Notes: generated by a model from the sequence alone, not told the origin. DNA of 64,000 nucleotides from Patescibacteria group bacterium (GCA_963169855.1 CAUJCN010000002.1:517608-581607); one strand, 5' to 3'; positions 50,776 through 59,450 are shown, numbered from the stretch's first letter. Program-made: numbers and translations.

Positions 50776-52161
50776 ATGAAGGACAGAGAAGACAAACAAT
50801 TCGATGAATTTCTAAACTCCTTGAAAGCAGAGGAGGCTTCTCCAAACGAGAAATTCAAAGCTAAGTTGAAAACTCAAATGATTAGAGAATTCAACAAAGG
50901 CAACAACTCTGGCTATTCAATAGCTGATTGGTATTTGAATTTCTTATCCTTAATTCTTGTTGTTATTTCGATTTCATTAGTTGCTTACTTCGGCGTTCTA
51001 TATAACACAGGTACTGGAACACAAAATGGATCAACCGTTGTTTTGAGCGATTCCGAAAAAGTACGAATTCTTGAAAATTATTCAAAAAATAATCCCGAAA
51101 CTTTAACAAAGAGGAGACCAACTCAGGTTCTTTCTAATCCAGTTGATCAGAAATCGTCAAATTTCTTTTCTGTCGTAAAAACGGAAACATTTAGTAGCCA
51201 ATATTTCAGATGTACTGGATCTTTCTTAATTTCTAACAGAAGTGTAAGAGAAGAAACACACTACGATAACGGAGAGACTTCCGTAAAACAAGTTATTAGT
51301 AACGGAGTTGGCGAATTAATTTCTGAAAAAGTTGTGACTTATGTGGGAAGAGTAACTACTCAAAAAGAATATGTTGGTGGTGAATATGTTGCGCTTTCAT
51401 TCTCAGACGAAGAGCCGAGAAGTGAACTGAATAGTCCTGCAAGTATTTCCCAGGTTTCGAGAAACGGAAAAGATTATTACGAAATTGAATATCGAACATT
51501 TTTTGACTGCAAAGGGGTTCAAGAACAATTAATTACTTTGCAGTACGCTGATATTAATACTTACAAAGTTGAACTTGAAGAGGTTTACCTTGGATCAAAA
51601 TCTCAGGATAATCTTTACAGTATTTCCTCTATTCAGTCTTCAGAAAGAAATATTAACGACAGTGAAAAAAGAAACATTTTCAAGCTAGATACAAATGCCG
51701 AGGAGTTAGTTGTAAATAATACAGATTTAGCAAATAGTTTGCTTGATATCTTAGTTCCAGCTGATTCATTTATTCAGCCAATTAACGGAAGAACAGATTT
51801 GAAGACAGTAAACGTTATCGACAGAGATTTCTACCCTAGAGGAAACTGGGGAGATGAGCTTTTTGAATACAACGTCTCATTACTAGAAAATCCTACTTTG
51901 AAATACGATATTCAATTATCACCATTTGAGTACTCAACAATTACAATTTCCGGAGAACAGGATTTAGTTCCGAATAACACTATTGACTCTTCGGTCATAG
52001 TGAATGGAACACGAATATCTTCTGTTCTTTATACAAATGGTCCTTTATCAGGAACTATCGGTAATAACCAAGTTGTTTACTTTGAATACAATGGAGTATT
52101 CTACAAAATCGAAACTACAGATGTTTCCGAATTTAGTGAATTAGAAAATTTTAATCGATGA
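50776..52161 (+). CDS. Putative membrane anti-sigma factor
   Basis: PNEKFKAKLK N-terminus, one TM, large extracytoplasmic domain; directly downstream of the ECF gene. Confidence 0.7.
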   Translation: MKDREDKQFDEFLNSLKAEEASPNEKFKAKLKTQMIREFNKGNNSGYSIADWYLNFLSLILVVISISLVAYFGVLYNTGTGTQNGSTVVLSDSEKVRILENYSKNNPETLTKRRPTQVLSNPVDQKSSNFFSVVKTETFSSQYFRCTGSFLISNRSVREETHYDNGETSVKQVISNGVGELISEKVVTYVGRVTTQKEYVGGEYVALSFSDEEPRSELNSPASISQVSRNGKDYYEIEYRTFFDCKGVQEQLITLQYADINTYKVELEEVYLGSKSQDNLYSISSIQSSERNINDSEKRNIFKLDTNAEELVVNNTDLANSLLDILVPADSFIQPINGRTDLKTVNVIDRDFYPRGNWGDELFEYNVSLLENPTLKYDIQLSPFEYSTITISGEQDLVPNNTIDSSVIVNGTRISSVLYTNGPLSGTIGNNQVVYFEYNGVFYKIETTDVSEFSELENFNR

Positions 52162-52448
52162 AACTTTCACGAACAGGTTTAATTTTAGCAGTTGCGAGTC
52201 CACTAATTGCTATTTTAGTAATTTTTGGGGTGATCGTTTTAACTCAAGATAGCAATATTACTGATTTTGATTTAGACGTTTTTGATTTTGAATCTTGTGC
52301 CGCAAAAGGCTATCCAATCATGGAGAGTTTCCCAAGACAATGCCGAACTGACGACGGAAGATTATTTACAGAGATTTTACAGCCGAATGCTTTTTATCAT
52401 TCACAGGATTCTTTGGTAAATTATCTAGTGACTTCCACAAATATCTAG
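52158..52448 (+). CDS. Small membrane-anchored protein with a two-Cys motif
   Basis: TM then DFESCAAKGYPIMESFPRQCRTDDGRLFTE; ATGA coupling. Confidence 0.75.
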   Translation: MKLSRTGLILAVASPLIAILVIFGVIVLTQDSNITDFDLDVFDFESCAAKGYPIMESFPRQCRTDDGRLFTEILQPNAFYHSQDSLVNYLVTSTNI

Positions 52449-52998
52449 AAGCATACGATCTAAACGGTGCCCATTTTTTTTGAATCTTCATTATATTTTC
52501 TTTGTCATCACGATCAATTTTGTAAAGATTAGCAATCGCGTTTCTTAAACCTAAATCTCCATAAGAGAAAATGTCTTCTTTTCCAAATCCGAAGAGGAGT
52601 AGCATTTCTGCTGTCCATTCACCAATTCCTTTTAATTTTACTAATTCAATTTTGACATCTTCATCGCTCATTGTTCGAAGAGATTCCAAATCGACTTCTT
52701 TGGTGATTACACTACTACAAAGTGATTTTATGTATCTAATTTTCGCAAACGAGAGTCCACAATCTCGTAGTTGCTGATCCTCAAATTTGAGAAAGCTTTC
52801 TGGTTCGCAAATTCCTACTAAATTTAGAACTCTTTTGAAGATTGTATCTGCAGCTTTAACTGAAAGTTGTTGACCAACAATGCTTCCGATGATCTCGTTA
52901 AAGATATCTTCTGTAGGAACAATTGGTGCAAGTTCGCCAAATTCTTCGATAAGTTTCAGCATTACTTTGTCTTTTGCGAGAGTCGGGATGTAATTCAT
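52366..52998 (-). CDS. alkA: DNA-3-methyladenine glycosylase II
   Basis: IVGQQLSVKAA, LKGIGEWTAEM (HhH), GDLGL, WAPFRSYA. Confidence 0.93.
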   Translation of the reverse strand: MNYIPTLAKDKVMLKLIEEFGELAPIVPTEDIFNEIIGSIVGQQLSVKAADTIFKRVLNLVGICEPESFLKFEDQQLRDCGLSFAKIRYIKSLCSSVITKEVDLESLRTMSDEDVKIELVKLKGIGEWTAEMLLLFGFGKEDIFSYGDLGLRNAIANLYKIDRDDKENIMKIQKKWAPFRSYASRYLWKSLDNLPKNPVNDKKHSAVKSL

Positions 52999-53005
52999 AA
53001 TTTTG

Positions 53006-53030
53006 ATTATACCATCCAGGATGATAGAAT
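53006..53030. promoter_or_regulatory. Back-to-back extended -10 promoters
   Basis: TGGTATAAT on minus (7 nt from alkA ATG) and TGATAGAAT on plus (6 nt from ATG 53037). Confidence 0.65.
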
Positions 53031-53036
53031 CCGCCT

Positions 53037-53663
53037 ATGGGTATAGATAAACCAGATGTAACAATTGAACAGATTTCACAAAGTGTTATTGATGACGACC
53101 CAATTTACGATGAGTACTTAGAGCAGTTACGAAGAATGAGAATTCCTAGATTTTTCAATGGATTTTACACAAGGGAAGCTGTTTCGAAGATTAATGAACT
53201 GCTCAAAACAGTTGAATGCATATCTTTAATTGGTTATAGGAAATCTTTCACAAACACTTACCGATGGCTTTTCTTGGACAAACAAGGCGAGAATATTGCC
53301 AGCAAGATTTACTCAATGATCGTCTGGGATATTTCTGTTTATATAAAAAGAAAATATGGTGATCACATTCGACTAGGCGTTTTTGGGTCGGTTGCAAAAG
53401 GCACAGCAACCTTTCCTATTTCTAGAAAACTTCCTACAGATCAAAGAAGATATTTTATAAATTGGAGTGATTTAGATTTATATATTCACTCTACGAAAGT
53501 TGTAGACGAAGAGACTTTGGACGAGATTCAAGAAGTTATAGGACGTCGTGTATTGAGTCTATCTTTGAAACTTCCAGATTACATTACAATTCAGCATTGC
53601 ATACCGCATATTGCTAAGGTTACTAGAGACTTTGAATTTTACTCTCCAAGCGAAGAATTCTAA
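53037..53663 (+). CDS. Nucleotidyltransferase-domain protein
   Basis: GVFGSVAKG..SDLDL. Confidence 0.65.
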   Translation: MGIDKPDVTIEQISQSVIDDDPIYDEYLEQLRRMRIPRFFNGFYTREAVSKINELLKTVECISLIGYRKSFTNTYRWLFLDKQGENIASKIYSMIVWDISVYIKRKYGDHIRLGVFGSVAKGTATFPISRKLPTDQRRYFINWSDLDLYIHSTKVVDEETLDEIQEVIGRRVLSLSLKLPDYITIQHCIPHIAKVTRDFEFYSPSEEF

Positions 53664-53714
53664 TACAGATGAGCTTTCTTCGAGTATAATGAGAAGATAC
53701 CTACAACAGACGCT

Positions 53715-55202
53715 ATGGATTTTCTTAGAAAACATAAAACGCTGCTGATCTTTTCCCTTTCAATTTTGATTTTACTCATCTTACGCATCCCATCCTTTTT
53801 TGAACCTCATTGGTACGATGATGAAGGAATTTATTCTGGTGTTGCTAACCAAATGAGTTATGGAGCAGAGTTGTATTCTGGTGGCTGGGACAATAAACCA
53901 CCGTTCATGTATTTGCTTTTTTTAGGATTGAGTAAGATTGGAAACACTTTAGTTTTATCTAGAATTTTGAGTTTTGTTTTTGCTGTTGCAACTTTGTTTG
54001 TTGTGTTTAAAATTCTTCAGAAACTTTCAGTTGGAAAAGCTAAATATTTGATTTTGATTGCAGGAGCTTTGCTTCTTGGACTACCTCAATTTGAAAACAA
54101 TATCGCAAATGCTGAGAATTTTTTCATGCTGTTCACAACAATCGGAATATTCTTTGCTTTGGAAAAAAGATTTTTGTGGACTGCGCTTTTCTACAGCATC
54201 GCGATTACAGTTAAAGCTCAGCCATTTTTTGAATTTGTTGCATTAATGCCTTTGATTTTAATTTTGATGATTCATGAAAAAGAAAAAGTGAAATCAATTT
54301 TATCGAAACTTTTTAGTTTGAATTTGATATTTGTTTTTCCAACTATTTTGATTTCTTTGATTTTCTTTTTGTTCGGAAGTTTTAGAGAGTATTTAGATTC
54401 AGCATTGTTAAGTAATTTTAAATATGTTGAAGAGCATAGCGAAGTAACAATGCTTCTTGGAATGGAGAATAGTGTGGCTCTGAGACTTTTGATTTTCGCA
54501 TTAGCAATTTTGATAATTTCACTTTTGTACTGGAAAAGGAAGTTGAGTTTCTCGACAACTTTGATTTTCCTTTGGCTAGCTGGAAGTGTTTTTGGAGCTG
54601 CTTTATCCAGTAGAGGTTATCCCCATTATCTTTTGCAGATTATTCCTGCACTTTTAGTTTCTGTAGGAATTTTGTTCTCAGGAAAATTTTTGAGTTTAAA
54701 GAACTTATTGATGACTGTGGTTGTTGGAATTTCGCTTTATGGGTTTCTTGGATTTTTCTTTCAATGGAATAAATTTGAAGAGCATTTGCCATACTACAAT
54801 TATTATCAAAAAGGTTATGGGTACTTACTTGGGAATGTTGGAAGAGAAGAGTGGGCAAATTTCTTTAATCCTAAAATGACTCAATTTTACGAAACAGTCG
54901 AATACATTGACGAGAAAACAGCCTCCGGAACAGTTGTGTATTCAGTGGATCAGACTGGCTGGTTTTATGAACTTTCTAATACAAAATCTGCTTCGAGATA
55001 CGTGGCTTACTACCACATTTGGCATACCGAAAATCGAACGGAAATGGCCTTTAAAGAGATCGAAATGAACGAGCCGGAGTATATAGTTTTCAACAGAAAA
55101 GAGACGTGGATTTTTCCAGATTTGTGGAAATATATTCAAGAAAACTACGAGAAAGATGCTTTCGAGAACGAATGGTACGAGGTGTTTGTGAGGAAGGCTT
55201 AG
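53715..55202 (+). CDS. GT-C fold membrane glycosyltransferase (ArnT/PMT-like)
   Basis: WYDDEGIY, WDNKPP, YPHY; multiple TM. Confidence 0.85.
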   Translation: MDFLRKHKTLLIFSLSILILLILRIPSFFEPHWYDDEGIYSGVANQMSYGAELYSGGWDNKPPFMYLLFLGLSKIGNTLVLSRILSFVFAVATLFVVFKILQKLSVGKAKYLILIAGALLLGLPQFENNIANAENFFMLFTTIGIFFALEKRFLWTALFYSIAITVKAQPFFEFVALMPLILILMIHEKEKVKSILSKLFSLNLIFVFPTILISLIFFLFGSFREYLDSALLSNFKYVEEHSEVTMLLGMENSVALRLLIFALAILIISLLYWKRKLSFSTTLIFLWLAGSVFGAALSSRGYPHYLLQIIPALLVSVGILFSGKFLSLKNLLMTVVVGISLYGFLGFFFQWNKFEEHLPYYNYYQKGYGYLLGNVGREEWANFFNPKMTQFYETVEYIDEKTASGTVVYSVDQTGWFYELSNTKSASRYVAYYHIWHTENRTEMAFKEIEMNEPEYIVFNRKETWIFPDLWKYIQENYEKDAFENEWYEVFVRKA

Positions 55203-55225
55203 TCGTCTAGTCTAAATCTGCGATT

Positions 55226-55248
55226 GATACCGCATTTATTGCGGTATC
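55226..55248. repeat. Palindrome upstream of the GIY-YIG gene
   Basis: GATACCGCA-TTTAT-TGCGGTATC. Confidence 0.8.
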
Positions 55249-55317
55249 TGCTTGTTGTTCAACGGAATTTGTAATCAACAACAATGAAACATTGTTTACT
55301 CAGGATTATTATTCTGA

Positions 55318-55641
55318 ATGTACTTCTACATCTACATAATGACCAATAAAAGCAACTCCGTTCTTTATATCGGATACACGTCGGATATTCAAAAAAGAAC
55401 ATCTGAACATAAACAAAATACTTATCCTAATTCTTTCACAAAGAAATACAGAGCTAATAGGCTGGTGTACTTTGAGCTCCACCATTCTCATTCATCTGCC
55501 AAACACCGTGAATTTCTTTTGAAAAGATGGAGAAGAAAGTGGAAGGAAGAGTTAATTGAGAATCTGAACCCTAATTATGAGGATTTAGCTCCAAATGGAA
55601 TCATTCCTGACGAAATTTATTTAAGATATTTAAAACTATGA
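55318..55641 (+). CDS. Stand-alone GIY-YIG nuclease
   Basis: YIYIMTN..VLYIGYTSDIQKR..EHK..FTKKY..LVYFE..RE..LKRWRRKWKEELIENLNP. Confidence 0.93.
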   Translation: MYFYIYIMTNKSNSVLYIGYTSDIQKRTSEHKQNTYPNSFTKKYRANRLVYFELHHSHSSAKHREFLLKRWRRKWKEELIENLNPNYEDLAPNGIIPDEIYLRYLKL

Positions 55642-55662
55642 TTAGTAGTGTCTTGCAAGATA

Positions 55663-55689
55663 CAGATCCCGTATTTAATACGGGATCTG
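55663..55689. repeat. Palindrome downstream of the GIY-YIG gene (may also terminate transcription)
   Basis: CAGATCCCGTAT-TTA-ATACGGGATCTG; aligns with the upstream palindrome. Confidence 0.8.
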
Positions 55690-55716
55690 ATTAGGAGATA
55701 GCGTTTACTTGAGATT

Positions 55717-56148
55717 CTAAAACCTCACCTCAAAAACCTCATCAGGATTCGCTTTCAGATTAGAATACTTAATGTAAGTTGGCTTAATGATGAAAAGATA
55801 ATCGTCTGGATTATCAATAAATTTCTTTGAAAAAGGAATTTTTTCTAAATGTCTCGCTACATATTTCTCGGATTCTTCTTTTGTAGCCATTCTCGCAATT
55901 CCTTGATACTGAACAGTAACAAAATCTTCGAAACTCCAACCAACAGTTACAGAAACTTTTTGATTAGTTTTTAGATTCTTGAACTTTCTTGTTTGATCCC
56001 AAGTTAAGAAAATGATTTCTAAATCATCACTTTCAGAAAAAGACATTGTTGCAGAATTTGGAAATCCTTCAGCATCAACAGTGGATAGTACACAAAGTTG
56101 ATTCTTTGCTAGAAATGTTTTGATAAGTTCTTTTTGTTCTGGTGTCAT
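55717..56148 (-). CDS. Pyridoxamine 5'-phosphate oxidase-like (split-barrel) protein
   Basis: CVLSTVDAEGFP, TRKFKNLKTNQKVSV, VQYQG. Confidence 0.88.
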   Translation of the reverse strand: MTPEQKELIKTFLAKNQLCVLSTVDAEGFPNSATMSFSESDDLEIIFLTWDQTRKFKNLKTNQKVSVTVGWSFEDFVTVQYQGIARMATKEESEKYVARHLEKIPFSKKFIDNPDDYLFIIKPTYIKYSNLKANPDEVFEVRF

Positions 56149-57635
56149 ACTGTTTTTGGATAAGCTTTTTCAATTAAGTCTTTTTTATCTGCAATCTTTT
56201 CTCGCAGAGGAGATATTAAGGCAATTAATTCTTTCGCAACCGCCGGTTTTAAATCTGCTGAGACCAATCTTTGGTTTTTGAAATCATCCTCAACTTCTTC
56301 ATAATTTGAGTATTCAACATTTCCTCCCCATTTATCGGGTCTTTCTACTAAGAAATTTCTGTTATCTGCTCTGAATTTTCTGAAAAGTATGAATTTCAAA
56401 ATCGATAGCAATCCATTATTATTCACGTCTCCGTCCAACACAAATGCTTTATTAATTTTGTCATTGATGATTTCGTCTGTATCGTCTAAATCAATTTTTG
56501 AGTTTGGCTCAGAGGAACTCATTTTTCCTGACTTTCCTAATCCTGGAATTAAAGTATTCATTAAGTGAACTCGTTTTTTGTATCCGATCTTTGGAAGATA
56601 TTCTCTTGCAAACATAAAGATTTTTCTTTGATCTACGCCTCCAAATTGCGCGTCTACACCAAGATATTGCTCATCGAGTGCTTGTAGAATAGGGTAGAGC
56701 ATACTGCTCATTAATGGACTTTCTACTTGTTTTACAACTTCTGCTCCAGCTTTCTGAACATCTCTAAGTGAGGCCATCGCTGAAACTTTCAATAAATCTA
56801 GTTGATAGTCTTTGTCTAATTGATAAGTTGAACCCTTGATAAATTTAAGTTTTTCGATTGGAACTCCAACAACATTCAAAATCTCTTTGATTATGAATTC
56901 ATAATACTGAACTCGGTATTCAAGCAGTTCCCAGTTTGATTTCATGTTATCTAAATATGCATGAATGTCTGCCAACAAAACTGTAACTTCACAACCAGCT
57001 TCAAGGAAGTCTGCAATTTTCATTAGTGGAACAAAGTATCCAAGATGTGGCTTTCCTGTAGGAGCTGTTCCCCAGTAAATTTTCACACTTCTTTCCGAAA
57101 GAATTGGTGCTAAATCTTCAATTCCAATTGTTTCTGCCAAATCGTTAGTAATTAAATCCATTTTTGCTTGAACCTCAGGCGTCATTTCCACATAACCAGC
57201 TTTCTTGAAAATAATATTCAACTGATCTTCGGTCAAAATATCCAAAATTGATTTTCCAATCATATCTGATTCTGTCAGACCGAGCTTGTCGAGGTCGAGG
57301 ATCATCAATCCTACATGACCTTCACCTAGTCCTATTTCATCTTCTGCTAACAACATTCCTTCAGAATCGTATCCTCTCAGTTTTTTCTTAACCAGAACAA
57401 TGTTTTCGTTATTTGTGAATAAGAAGCCAGGAACTGTAAATCCTGGTGCTAGATAAGGAACAATATCTCCCTGTTTAAAGTTCTGAGCTCCAGTAACAAC
57501 TTGAGCTGTTCCTTCACCAGTATTGATTTGAGTCACATGTAGATGATCAGAATTTTCATTCTTTTTTGATTCAGTAATTTTTACAATTTTGATAGGTCTA
57601 AGAAGATCTAAAATTTCTTGTTTTGATAATGACAT
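56145..57635 (-). CDS. tyrS: Archaeal/eukaryal-type tyrosine--tRNA ligase with N-terminal tRNA-binding OB domain
   Basis: YWGTAPTGKPHLGY, ADIHAYLDNMK, YPILQALDEQYLGVDAQFGGVDQRKIF, KMSSS; N-terminal QVVTGAQN..LRGYDSEGML. Confidence 0.95.
   Translation of the reverse strand: MSLSKQEILDLLRPIKIVKITESKKNENSDHLHVTQINTGEGTAQVVTGAQNFKQGDIVPYLAPGFTVPGFLFTNNENIVLVKKKLRGYDSEGMLLAEDEIGLGEGHVGLMILDLDKLGLTESDMIGKSILDILTEDQLNIIFKKAGYVEMTPEVQAKMDLITNDLAETIGIEDLAPILSERSVKIYWGTAPTGKPHLGYFVPLMKIADFLEAGCEVTVLLADIHAYLDNMKSNWELLEYRVQYYEFIIKEILNVVGVPIEKLKFIKGSTYQLDKDYQLDLLKVSAMASLRDVQKAGAEVVKQVESPLMSSMLYPILQALDEQYLGVDAQFGGVDQRKIFMFAREYLPKIGYKKRVHLMNTLIPGLGKSGKMSSSEPNSKIDLDDTDEIINDKINKAFVLDGDVNNNGLLSILKFILFRKFRADNRNFLVERPDKWGGNVEYSNYEEVEDDFKNQRLVSADLKPAVAKELIALISPLREKIADKKDLIEKAYPKTV
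57274..57296 (+). repeat. REP-like palindromic element, copy 3 (in frame inside tyrS, antisense)
   Basis: GTCA-GACC-GAGC-TTGT-CGA-GGTC; read in tyrS as DLDKLGLT. Confidence 0.7.
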
Positions 57636-57757
57636 TACATTAAGTTAACTCCAGCCATTATATCACTGCAGAAGCTAGGATACATTCATTTAGGAAAAGC
57701 TCGTTCCAGAGACAAATCACAAAAGGAAATTCACATCTTATGATATAATAAGTATAT

Positions 57758-58435
57758 ATGAATGAACAGTTACAAGATTTAACAGCAAGTGTTTTAGGAG
57801 AGCAGTTAGAACGATTCATTGAAAATCTAATACTGTCAGGTCGACTAGAAGTAGAAATTGATGAATATACTTGCGATACCTACCTAGATACATTCGATAC
57901 CGCGGATGATTGTTACTATGTTTTACATCTGGGAACCTTACGTCTTGCAAACCGAGCTGTCAAAAGACTTCTATTTAAAGGTGAAATCTTCGAAGATGAG
58001 GATTTAATTAAATATCAGTTTCTCCACGAGATAACTCACATTCTTGTAAACGAACTCTCTCGACTTGGAGATGCTAACTTGTTATCTCTGGGACAAATAG
58101 TTACTAATGTTCAAAATTCAAGACCACAAAAATTCTTTACAGGTAAAGCTAGTGCTCGAGCGCAGGATCCAGAAAAATTTCTTTGGATTTTCCGAAGAAA
58201 GCCAAGTATCGAAGCTGCTTTAGACTACACAACAGTCGAAGAGGACGTTGTTGAACTAATTACCATGTTCTTGTATTCGAGAACTATGTTTCAAGATTTC
58301 TTAGATTTTCTCTTTTATCGCGAATATCGGAGGTTTAGAAACGATTTGCATATAGTAGAGCTCTCTGCAGAGGCTACAATCGCATTACACAGCCTCGTGG
58401 AAGCAATTGCAAATAGAATCGAGCAGTTAAGCTAA
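57758..58435 (+). CDS. Putative zinc metallopeptidase-like protein
   Basis: FLHEITH (HExxH) with downstream EEDVVE. Confidence 0.6.
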   Translation: MNEQLQDLTASVLGEQLERFIENLILSGRLEVEIDEYTCDTYLDTFDTADDCYYVLHLGTLRLANRAVKRLLFKGEIFEDEDLIKYQFLHEITHILVNELSRLGDANLLSLGQIVTNVQNSRPQKFFTGKASARAQDPEKFLWIFRRKPSIEAALDYTTVEEDVVELITMFLYSRTMFQDFLDFLFYREYRRFRNDLHIVELSAEATIALHSLVEAIANRIEQLS

Positions 58436-58954
58436 CTACTTAGACACTCTGAGCAATCTATCCCAAAGTGCTAAATGTATCAGTGCAAAAATTAACGCTG
58501 CACAAAGGATTACAGCTTGATGCACACCATCAAAATAGAGGATTAAAGCTAAATTTACCGAATTCATAATTGCAATAAATGCGCTCTGTATGAAGGAAAT
58601 GGAGAATTTCTTTGTTGGAAGTGGAATTGTACTTGTTCTCCAAACAAATGCTTTTTCTAGTGATTTGTCCGATTCAATGTAGTAATCTTTGATTTTGTTC
58701 AGAGCTACAACGCTTTCATACCAAGAAATTCTTGTTTTTATAATGTTTAGGAAAGATGAAAATCCAAACACAATAACCAGAATGAGAATTAGTGCCGAAA
58801 GCTCTTTTTGAGTTGAGAAGATAGTAAAACTACCTACAATAGCTACTATGTTTGCAGTGAAGTATTCAAAAACTCTTGCCCTGTCTTCGTTTGCCTGAAT
58901 TGTAGTTTGAACTATATATTCGTATTCTTTTTCTAAGATTGTGTCTTTGTTCAT
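58436..58954 (-). CDS. Hypothetical membrane protein (4 TM)
   Basis: Two pairs of hydrophobic helices. Confidence 0.75.
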   Translation of the reverse strand: MNKDTILEKEYEYIVQTTIQANEDRARVFEYFTANIVAIVGSFTIFSTQKELSALILILVIVFGFSSFLNIIKTRISWYESVVALNKIKDYYIESDKSLEKAFVWRTSTIPLPTKKFSISFIQSAFIAIMNSVNLALILYFDGVHQAVILCAALIFALIHLALWDRLLRVSK

Positions 58955-59450
58955 TTTTTTTCTAAAACAACTCTATAAAATTCTTCATTGTCTCTATTTA
59001 ATTCTCCTCTTGGCATCCTTAAGTATTTTATATCGAAAATATCCCTATATTTCAGAAAATCCTCGAGATCATTTCTTCTTGCAGGGTAAATGTAAAGAAC
59101 TCCTTTGTCGTCTAAAACTCTTATCATTTCGGACATCCATTGGCTGAAAGCTAAATTTCTTTGTTCAACAGACATTCCCTGAAAATAATATGGAACTGAC
59201 CATCCTGCTATAACATGACTGAAGAATCCTTTTGCTTTGCCGCATCTGCAGTCACTAAGTTTCTTGAATCGTAGAAACCTTCTGTATGTCTTGAAACTCT
59301 ATATGAATTTTTTGTTTTAAATGCATCTGATTTTCCTGTACCCAAATCGAGAACATTTCCCTGGAGTTCTGTATAGTCAACTGGCATCCAGCCTAAGGGT
59401 TTATCTGTAAGTGTTCCTCTGAAAGTATCGATTGTTTCTGCACCAGCCAT
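58951..59450 (-). pseudogene. Frameshifted class I SAM-dependent methyltransferase
   Basis: First frame VLDLGTG..LVTADAAK; shifted frame KGFFSHVIAGWSVPYYF..SEMIRVLDDKGVLYIYP. Confidence 0.7.
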
